From: Bifidobacterium longum subsp. longum JCM 1217 | Lineage (GTDB): Bacteria > Actinomycetota > Actinomycetes > Actinomycetales > Bifidobacteriaceae | Assembly (NCBI RefSeq): GCF_000196555.1 | Contig: NC_015067.1 | Location: 960,001 to 992,000, forward strand | Direction of reading: 5' to 3' | DNA: 32,000 nt | Shown here: piece after piece, positions 9,269-16,008 of the stretch | Numbering within the stretch: position 1 is the stretch's first letter | How the letters are laid out: each line of letters begins with the position of its first letter | Program-made: the position numbers and the translations under genes | The notes under the pieces: generated by a model | The model's input: only the letters and a program-made list of their open reading frames with translations | What the model was told of the DNA's origin: nothing | The model's database searches: none

Positions 9269-10369
9269 TTACCGGCGGGGGAGGGAACCGCGTAGGACTA
9301 CGTCCGGGGCGCTTTGCACGTAGATCAGGCGGTTGGCAGTGCCGCCGGTGGCCTCCCCGTCATCGCGGTTGGACAGGATGCTGTCCACGGCGGCCTGGCC
9401 CATTTCGGCCAGCGGCAGATGCACGGTGGTCAGTGGCGGAAACACGTCGGCGGAGTAGGGGATGTCGCCGAAACCGGTGACGCCGATTTCCCGACCCGGC
9501 TCGATGCCGTTGGCGCGCAACGCGGTCATCGCACCGATGGCCATCACGTCGTTGAGCGCGATGATTGAATCGATGCCTTTGCCGTCGTACAGTGCGCCTT
9601 CGCCCGGCTTCAGCAGTCCGGATCGGGCCATTTGCATGACGGCCGCATAGCCGTCGGTACGGCTGAACTTACCATTCGCCACGGCTTTCGGATCCACGGT
9701 GATGCCTGCCTCGTCCAACACTTCCATCACGCCGGCCAGTCGTTCTTTGGAGGAGCGATGTGCGTCATCGCCCTTGAGAATCGCAGGGCGCGTATACCCG
9801 GAATCGACGATCAGCTTTGCGATGGCGCGCGCGCCGACATCGTTCGCCATGTCCACGGCCGGGAAGGGCAGGTTGCGGTTGAGCACGAACACGGCACGTC
9901 CGCCGGATGCTTCGTACTGGGTGAGTTCCGTCTGCAACGCCTGGCGTTCCGGCGCGTCGGTGTATTCACTTTCGGAGATGATGATGCCGCGCGGCCTGGT
10001 GGATACGGACTTACGCACCGCCTCCAACTCTTCGTGCGGGGTGGCTGCCACGCCGATGGTCACGGAAATGCCGCGTTCGGCCGCCGCCTTGACCACGCCT
10101 TGAGATACGGATGCGAAGTAGGGATCGGAGATATCGGAGACCAGCAGCACGATGTTCGGTGCGGTGCCTTTGGCCACTGCCTGAGCATAGGCGTTGGGAC
10201 GATAGTTGAGCTTGGTGGCTGCTTCCATCACCTTGACATACGATTGGTTGCGTACCTTGCGGGTGCTGCCGTTGAGCACGCGGGATGCGGTGGCGATGGA
10301 GACTTGGGCTTCTTTGGCGACATCCATCAATGTCGCTGGCGATTGCGCCTTATCGTTCTGTACAGCCAC
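9269..10369 (-). CDS. LacI-family transcriptional regulator
   Basis: HTH LMDVAKEAQVSIATASRVLNGS near the N-terminus, then a periplasmic-binding-protein-like sugar-binding domain. The ORF extends to 10501, but the GTG at 10367-10369 (AAGG upstream) gives a normal-length 366-aa protein. Confidence 0.85.
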   Translation of the reverse strand: MAVQNDKAQSPATLMDVAKEAQVSIATASRVLNGSTRKVRNQSYVKVMEAATKLNYRPNAYAQAVAKGTAPNIVLLVSDISDPYFASVSQGVVKAAAERGISVTIGVAATPHEELEAVRKSVSTRPRGIIISESEYTDAPERQALQTELTQYEASGGRAVFVLNRNLPFPAVDMANDVGARAIAKLIVDSGYTRPAILKGDDAHRSSKERLAGVMEVLDEAGITVDPKAVANGKFSRTDGYAAVMQMARSGLLKPGEGALYDGKGIDSIIALNDVMAIGAMTALRANGIEPGREIGVTGFGDIPYSADVFPPLTTVHLPLAEMGQAAVDSILSNRDDGEATGGTANRLIYVQSAPDVVLRGSLPRR

Positions 10370-10408
10370 GATCGAATCGATCCTTTTCTTCCCTGAAACG
10401 GAAAACGT

Positions 10409-10424
10409 GTCTAAACGTTTACCG
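10409..10424. promoter_or_regulatory. LacI-type operator candidate (site 1)
   Basis: Perfect CG-centred palindrome TAAACGTTTA (10412-10421). Shares the 12-mer AAACGTTTACCG with site 2. Lies ~40 nt upstream of the LacI gene start. Confidence 0.5.
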
Positions 10425-10509
10425 CAACGATATCGCATTTTTGCTTGCAATAGTAGCATTGTGGATTGGAAAGCCTGAATTCTGAACAAAAAAATAATCA
10501 CGCGAATTA

Positions 10510-10525
10510 CGGAAAACGTTTACCG
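10510..10525. promoter_or_regulatory. LacI-type operator candidate (site 2) upstream of glycerate kinase
   Basis: CGGAAAACGTTTACCG is a 16-bp palindrome with one mismatched pair, 31 nt upstream of ATG 10556. It overlaps the presumed -35 region of a TATGCT -10 box (10544-10549). Confidence 0.5.
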
Positions 10526-10555
10526 TTTCGTCGTGTCGTGCGGTATGCTCGAAGC

Positions 10556-11686
10556 ATGACGCGATACTTATGCGCCCCTGACTCCTTCAAAGAGAGCCTG
10601 ACCGCCATGGAGGCGGCCCGGGCGATGGCTCAGGGGATTGAGAATGCCGACCACGATGCCGAGGTCCGTTGCCTTCCCATGGCCGACGGCGGTGAAGGCA
10701 CCGCACGCGCGCTTGTCGACGCCACCGGCGGATCGATGCGCGCCGTGCCGGTCCACGACCCGCTCGGCCGGCCTGTCGAAGGCCACTTCGGTCTGCTCGC
10801 CGACGGCACGACCGCCGTGGTCGAGACAGCCGAAGCCAGCGGACTGGCACTGCTTGAAGCCAAAGAACGCAACCCGTTGATCGCCTCCTCCTACGGCACC
10901 GGCGAACTCATGCTCGCCGCCGTCCGTTCCGGAGCCAAGCGCATCATCGTCGGGCTCGGCGGCAGCGCCACCAACGACGCCGGTGCCGGACTTCTGCAGG
11001 CCCTCGGCGTTCGTCTTCTGGACAAGAACGGTAACGACTTGGCACACGGGGGAGCGGCCCTCGCCAATCTGACCACCATCGATATCAGCACGATGGACCC
11101 GGCTCTCAAGAACGTCGCCATCACCGCCGCCTGCGACGTGACCAACCCGCTGACCGGCCCCACCGGCGCCAGCGCCGTGTTCGGCCCGCAGAAAGGTGCG
11201 TCCAAAGATGATGTCGCCACATTGGACGCCGCCCTCGCGCATTTTGCGCAGGTAATCGACAGCCAGCTCGGCGTTGCCGTGAACGACGTGCCGGGTGCCG
11301 GCGCGGCCGGTGGCATCGGTGCAGCGCTGAAGGGCTTCCTAAACGCCGAATTCCGCCCGGGCATCGCCATCGTCATCGAACAATCCGGACTCGATGCGGC
11401 CGCGCAATGGGCTGACGTGGTGTTCACCGGCGAAGGCTCCATCGACTTCCAGACCAAGTTCGGCAAGACGCCGGCCGGCGTGGCCGAAACCGCCAAGCGC
11501 CACGGCAAGCCGGTCATCGCAGTAGCCGGGCATATTGGCACCGGCATCGATGAGCTGCATGAGGTCGGCATCGACGCGGTATTCGGCATCGCGCCCGGAG
11601 CCGCCAGCCTCAGCGAACTGCTGGCCGACGCGGCCGCCAACGTGACCCGCACCACCGAACAAATCGTACGAACCCTACAACTGTGA
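10556..11686 (+). CDS. glxK: Glycerate kinase
   Basis: 376 aa from ATG 10556 (MTRYLCAPDSFKESLTA...). Family stretches include MADGGEGT and TGEGSIDFQTKFGKTP. The upstream part of the track ORF (from TTG 10466) runs through the operator region and is unlikely to be coding. Confidence 0.9.
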   Translation: MTRYLCAPDSFKESLTAMEAARAMAQGIENADHDAEVRCLPMADGGEGTARALVDATGGSMRAVPVHDPLGRPVEGHFGLLADGTTAVVETAEASGLALLEAKERNPLIASSYGTGELMLAAVRSGAKRIIVGLGGSATNDAGAGLLQALGVRLLDKNGNDLAHGGAALANLTTIDISTMDPALKNVAITAACDVTNPLTGPTGASAVFGPQKGASKDDVATLDAALAHFAQVIDSQLGVAVNDVPGAGAAGGIGAALKGFLNAEFRPGIAIVIEQSGLDAAAQWADVVFTGEGSIDFQTKFGKTPAGVAETAKRHGKPVIAVAGHIGTGIDELHEVGIDAVFGIAPGAASLSELLADAAANVTRTTEQIVRTLQL

Positions 11687-11690
11687 GCAG

Positions 11691-11791
11691 GCTCCCGCTG
11701 GCGGGGGCTGGCGGGCTTCGCCCGACTGGGGGGGGCAGCGCTGAGAACCACCCTCAGTCTCGCTATGCGAGACAGCTCCCGCAGCGGGAGC
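11691..11791. repeat. Composite (forward + reverse) GC-rich structured repeat 4 nt after the glxK stop
   Basis: Forward unit 11691-11736 (GCTCCCGCTGGCGGGGGCTGGCGGGCTTCGCCCGACTGGGGGGGGC). Reverse unit 11745-11791 (GAACCACCCTCAGTCTCGCTATGCGAGACAGCTCCCGCAGCGGGAGC). Together they form a ~100-nt imperfect palindrome. Confidence 0.75.
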
Positions 11792-12063
11792 GAGTACCGG
11801 AAAGGAAGACGTGCGCGCCACACTGGAAACCGTGAGCTGCGGCGAACTGACCGCCGTGTATCGCAAAGATAGCGACACCGGCATCGTGGAACTGGTATCA
11901 TGGATCGTCGACGCGAGCTCGGTCTTGTGACATGATTGGTGGTGATGGAATCAACGATGAGTCCAACAAAACGGCACCGCCTCCCATTGCGCAATATCGC
12001 GCGCAATATTACGCAGCGTATTGGCTCTCCGAATGCGTGTCTGCTAAACCTCGTGTTGCTCTA

Positions 12064-13428
12064 TCAGCGAGCTTTCCGACTGCGCAGCTCAGGCAACATC
12101 ACGACGAACAGGATGACCGCCACAATCGCGGTCAGCAGATCGGCGATGGCCTGCGCGGCGATTACACCCTGATAGCCGGCCAGCCGGGAGCCGACGAACA
12201 GGGTAATCGCCAGCATCACACCCTGCCTGCTGATCGACAGCACAAAGGCGCCGACCGCCTTGCCTGCGGACTGGAAGGTGCAGGTCGTGACCATCACGAC
12301 GGCTACGCACACCAGGCTCAGCAGCTGAACCCGCAGCATGCCGGCGCCCAGCGTGATGATGGTGGCGTCCTCGATGAAGAATCCCATCAGTAGACGGTCG
12401 GACAGGCTGAGCACCACGGTCATCACCAGGGCGAACAGGGACAGGAACAGGTAGGAAAAACGCAGAATGCCGCGCAGTCGAGGCATATTGCGGGCGCCGT
12501 AGTTGTAGCCGATCAGCGGCTGCGCGCCGAACGCGAATCCCACGAAAACCAGCACCGCGATCATGATGACTTTCAGCGCGATGCCCATCGCGGCTACCGC
12601 GTCGGTACCGTAGGGGAGCAGGAACAGGTTGATCATGACGATGCCGACGCTCTGCGTGAGGTTCGTGATCGCCGAGGGGATGCCGATGGCGAGGATGCTC
12701 CCGACCTCCCGGGCCGTGACCGCCAGACGCCGGCGCGCGCGGTCGATGACGGTCCGCGGGTCGATGGACAGGTTGCTGCTGTGACGCAGCGTGAACCAGA
12801 CGAAATAGGCGTCGGTGCAGATGTTGGCGATCACGGTGGCACCGGCCGAACCCGCAGCACCCCAGCCGAATCCGTGGATGAACAGGGGATTGAGCACGAT
12901 GTTGACCGCCGTGCCGGCCACCGAACCGATCATGGACTGCACGGCGTGGCCTTCGGTGCGCAGCAGGTTGGACGGCGTCATCGACACGATGATGAACGGC
13001 GAGCCGACGATGATCAGCGTGTAGAAGTCGGAGGCATACTGCCAAGTGTCGTCAGTGGCGCCGAGCAGCGCGAGCATCGGGTCGCGGAACGCCAGGCCCA
13101 GCACCAGAATCAGCAGGCCGGTGGCGATGGCGGCATAGAAGCAGAACGCGCTGAGTCGCTTGCCGTCGGCGAACCGGTGTTGGCCGAACAAGCGCGAGAT
13201 GACCGAACTGCCGCCGAGGCCGAAGATGTCGCCGAGGGCGATCATCACGGTGAACACTGGCGCGGTGAGGGAGACGCCCGCCACCATATCGGTGTTTCCC
13301 GTATGCGCGATGAAATAGGTGTCGACCATGTTGTACACCAAGGTGACCAGCATGCTGAGCACCACGGGCATCGCCAGCGAGAAATACGCCTTCGGAATCG
13401 GCGCCTTTTCGAAGAGTTCGTTATCCAT
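12064..13428 (-). CDS. MATE-family efflux transporter
   Basis: 454-aa polytopic membrane ORF (about 12 hydrophobic segments) with a MATE-like N-terminus (KAYFSLAMPVVLSMLVTLVYNMVDTYFI). Confidence 0.9.
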   Translation of the reverse strand: MDNELFEKAPIPKAYFSLAMPVVLSMLVTLVYNMVDTYFIAHTGNTDMVAGVSLTAPVFTVMIALGDIFGLGGSSVISRLFGQHRFADGKRLSAFCFYAAIATGLLILVLGLAFRDPMLALLGATDDTWQYASDFYTLIIVGSPFIIVSMTPSNLLRTEGHAVQSMIGSVAGTAVNIVLNPLFIHGFGWGAAGSAGATVIANICTDAYFVWFTLRHSSNLSIDPRTVIDRARRRLAVTAREVGSILAIGIPSAITNLTQSVGIVMINLFLLPYGTDAVAAMGIALKVIMIAVLVFVGFAFGAQPLIGYNYGARNMPRLRGILRFSYLFLSLFALVMTVVLSLSDRLLMGFFIEDATIITLGAGMLRVQLLSLVCVAVVMVTTCTFQSAGKAVGAFVLSISRQGVMLAITLFVGSRLAGYQGVIAAQAIADLLTAIVAVILFVVMLPELRSRKAR

Positions 13429-13794
13429 TTCCGTCCCTTGGTGTTTCGTTCTTCAGTCACTGTGCAGGATGCCGTTCGGCGTGCATCACAGGCATTGTAG
13501 AGGCAACAGTGTGGACAACGGACGGGGGAGTATCTCATGATGCGGTGAGGGCGTTGATGATGACGCATCGTGTATTGGCGGCCGTGTGCATCGTATGTGA
13601 ACCTGTGCTGGCGCGGCGTACGCACGATGGGAAAAGAAAGAATATATGGACCCCGTTGTCCCGGTTATTGTTCAGTTTTACTGTGTTGAATTATTGCGTT
13701 ATTCAATTATTGTGGTGTGCCGGCCGATTGCGGCCTGCGGGGGATTGCCTTCGTATGTGTCGTGCAATCTCATGAACGGGATTGTTCGCTAGAT

Positions 13795-13923
13795 TCAGCG
13801 AGCGTCCTTGTTGGCGGCGTTGATGATGTCGGCGAACATCTTGGAGTCGGCGTAGCCGGCGCGGGCGATGGCATCCATACCGGAGAGGGCGAGACCGCGA
13901 ATCATGGAATCCTTGAGAGACAT
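13795..13923 (-). CDS. Small hypothetical protein, 42 aa (paralog A)
   Basis: Below the ORF-track cutoff. MSLKDSMIRGLALSGMDAIARAGYADSKMFADIINAANKDAR, with AAAGG SD 8 nt upstream and GC3-rich codons. It is 57% identical to the ORF at 14039-14167 with exactly the same length. Confidence 0.55.
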   Translation of the reverse strand: MSLKDSMIRGLALSGMDAIARAGYADSKMFADIINAANKDAR

Positions 13924-14038
13924 AATCATTACCTTTCGTTTGCGCATCGCCGTGAGCGGCTTTGCGATTGTTGTTTAAGCTTTGTTGTTATGGGGTCCGT
14001 GGCTAATCTGATTGGATTGCCGGACCGGAGCCGATGGC

Positions 14039-14167
14039 TCAGCGAGCGTTCTTGTTGGCTTCGTTGATCAGGTCGACGAGCGTGCTGCTGTTGGCGCGAC
14101 CGCACTGGCTCATGGAGCTCAGGCCGTACACAGCCAGACCGCGAATCATGGAATCCTTGAGAGACAT
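14039..14167 (-). CDS. Small hypothetical protein, 42 aa (paralog B)
   Basis: MSLKDSMIRGLAVYGLSSMSQCGRANSSTLVDLINEANKNAR, with AAAGGA SD. An in-frame ATG one codon upstream (14168-14170) is an alternative start. The first 32 nt are identical to paralog A. Confidence 0.55.
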   Translation of the reverse strand: MSLKDSMIRGLAVYGLSSMSQCGRANSSTLVDLINEANKNAR

Positions 14168-14224
14168 CATGTTTCCTTTCGTTGGTCAAAACCTTGGGGC
14201 TTTGAGTTTTGTTTATCGGCTTCT

Positions 14225-14244
14225 TTCTGAAACCGGTTTCAGAA
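14225..14244. promoter_or_regulatory. 20-bp perfect palindrome (candidate operator) upstream of the small-ORF pair
   Basis: TTCTGAAACCGGTTTCAGAA is its own reverse complement. It lies 57 nt upstream of the ATG at 14167 on the minus strand. Confidence 0.4.
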
Positions 14245-14376
14245 TAACGCAGTCCGATGACAAACGCAAGGGGACTATTCCGCTCTCGGCGTTTCTGGCG
14301 GAATATCGCCGTTCTTTAGATACCATTCGGTAGTTAAGAGGTTGTCTAGTCGACCTTCTGACGGCCTTGTTCTGAG

Positions 14377-14466
14377 CGTACGGTTTTCACGAGGTATGGC
14401 CTCATGTCGCGGAAATCGTACGCTGAGTCGTCGTAAGCGTACGGTTTTCACGAAATGGGGCCTATC
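14377..14466. repeat. Hairpin-repeat array (1.5 units), inverted relative to the array at 15631-15832
   Basis: Full unit 14377-14422. The half unit 14438-14463 is identical over 26 nt to the reverse complement of unit 15692-15737. It abuts the stop codon (14468-14470) of the DUF559-like gene. Confidence 0.85.
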
Positions 14467-14467
14467 T

Positions 14468-15421
14468 TCACCGGATTTTGGGCACACCGGCCTTGAGCAG
14501 CTTGGTCTCAAGATTGATGGGGCGTAGCAGATCCTCATAGAACACATGGACGATTTCGGTGACGCCCTGTTCCCGGAGATGCCGATCACGTCTGCGGTCG
14601 TACTCCATTTTCGCCTGGAGGCTTGCGCGATTCTTGTTGCTGATGTCGGCGTATTTGGCCATGCCGTCGTATTCTGCCACGATGATGCGGCCGTCTGCGA
14701 GCTTCCAACAGAAATCGACGCGATATGACATTGCGGGATTGTCGGGATTCATGAACTGCACCTGCAGCAGGGGGATGCCGAAAGACAATTCGGTGATCTG
14801 GCCACGCATCAATGATTCGCCGCCGTTTTCGCTCAGGGGATCCGCGTACTTCAGCAGCTTGGTCACGGAGACCTCGTCGCAGACGCTTTGAATCATCAGC
14901 GACTGCACCTCTTCGATGGTCGTCAGGGACTTTCTCAGAGCCGAATCGTATATGGGCAGCGCCTGTGGGAATGGGAATGCCGCGCAGTCGAGCAGCGTTC
15001 GCGCCGGAGTCGTCAAGAGAATGCCGTTATGCTTCCGCGTCGGAATCCGATTGATATAGATGCGGTTGAGACGCGCCTCGTCTCCGCCGCCGATGCCGGA
15101 CTTCGAGGCGATGTGCACTGTGCCGTCGTGCAGGGAATAGTTGTGCTGCAGTCCGTATACGCACGCCGCACTCAACCCCGCAAATACCCACTGAGGGTGG
15201 ATTGCGGACAACGCACGTATGACCTGCAATGACTGTTGCTCTCTGGTCATGGTGTTCCAAAGTGTTCGGTCGGCGTACAGGTTCTTATACGGTGACACCA
15301 GCTCCCCGGCATGCAGGCGACGTTTCAGGGCGCGCCGTTGCGCATCACTGGTGCCATAGCAGCAGCGACGCTCCTGCTTCGCCTGCTGCAGCAGTGCAGA
15401 AACTTCCTTGTGTTCTTTCAT
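14468..15421 (-). CDS. Hypothetical protein with AbiEi-like N-terminal region and DUF559 / Vsr-like endonuclease-fold C-terminus
   Basis: 317-aa ORF. The C-terminal stretch YRVDFCWKLADGRIIVAEYDGMAKY...RRRDRHLREQGVTEIV fits the DUF559 pattern (xDFxW...vEyDG...K...R...L...G) as I remember it. Confidence 0.8.
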   Translation of the reverse strand: MKEHKEVSALLQQAKQERRCCYGTSDAQRRALKRRLHAGELVSPYKNLYADRTLWNTMTREQQSLQVIRALSAIHPQWVFAGLSAACVYGLQHNYSLHDGTVHIASKSGIGGGDEARLNRIYINRIPTRKHNGILLTTPARTLLDCAAFPFPQALPIYDSALRKSLTTIEEVQSLMIQSVCDEVSVTKLLKYADPLSENGGESLMRGQITELSFGIPLLQVQFMNPDNPAMSYRVDFCWKLADGRIIVAEYDGMAKYADISNKNRASLQAKMEYDRRRDRHLREQGVTEIVHVFYEDLLRPINLETKLLKAGVPKIR

Positions 15422-15630
15422 ATCTCGACGCTAAGGGTGATTTTGATCGTTGCACAAGCTCAACCGGCAAATGTGGATACTATGTCACGCGAATTGTTGC
15501 TGTGGATAACTTGAATCGACGTCGACGGCTTTGCCGACGGTCTTGTCGGAGGCGATATTAGCCTAGGACACCTTGCTGCGCCGCCTTCCATACCGAAAAC
15601 AGTCATCAGTGACACCGGGGGCATCTTCAG

Positions 15631-15832
15631 CGTACGTTCTTCACGAAATCAGCTGCCATTTCGTGAAAACCGTACGCTCAGAATGACTCAGTGTACGTTC
15701 TTCACGAGATGAGGCCCCATTTCGTGAAAACCGTACGTTGACGACGATTCAGTGTACGTTCTTCACGAAATTAGGGATGATTTCGCGGAAACCGTACACT
15801 CACCGCAACTCAGCGTACGGTTTTCACGAAGT
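15631..15832. repeat. Hairpin-repeat array (3.5 units), strict 61-nt period
   Basis: Units 15631-15676, 15692-15737, 15753-15798, and a half unit from 15814. Arms are (C/T)GTACGTTCTTCACGARAT and ATTTCGYGRAAACCGTAC. Loops vary. Confidence 0.9.
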
Positions 15833-16008
15833 TATCGATTTGGGTATAGGTTCCCCCGTCATGAACTACAATGAATCGCGGCGAAAAACGGAGAACCGAA
15901 GTCGGAGCGCGGCTGAACGGATATGGGTGTGACTGGATGGCTGTCATAGTGATGCCGGTTCTCTAACATACGCAATAACAACAACTGACAACAACAGGGG
16001 AGACAAGG

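Noticed and set aside
10891-12006. 371-aa minus-strand ORF spanning glxK and the downstream repeat
   Set aside because: It is an Arg/Ser/Pro/Ala-rich antisense frame of glycerate kinase that also runs straight through the GC-rich repeat. There is no plausible start context.
12089-13045. 318-aa same-strand alternative frame inside the MATE gene
   Set aside because: The translation is Arg/His/Pro/Gly-rich with no hydrophobic segments. The overlapping frame encodes a complete 12-TM-type MATE protein.
13699-13773. 24-codon ORF (MRLHDTYEGNPPQAAIGRHTTIIE) just downstream of small ORF A on the minus strand
   Set aside because: It has no SD and no paralog. Its composition is not coding-like, and it overlaps a small GC hairpin and an AT-rich direct repeat. 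It is treated as intergenic.
13795-14167. Small-ORF pair as a classical two-peptide bacteriocin, lanthipeptide or type I toxin
   Set aside because: There is no double-glycine or Sec leader, no GxxxG-rich hydrophobic core, no strong positive charge and no TM helix. No modification, immunity or ABC-export genes are adjacent. The pair is kept as peptides of unknown function rather than assigned to these classes.
15631-15832. Regularly spaced repeats as a possible CRISPR array (also 737-905)
   Set aside because: The repeat itself is a 46-nt palindrome and the spacers are only 15 nt and related to one another. No cas genes or leader are present. The architecture is REP/BIME-like, not CRISPR.
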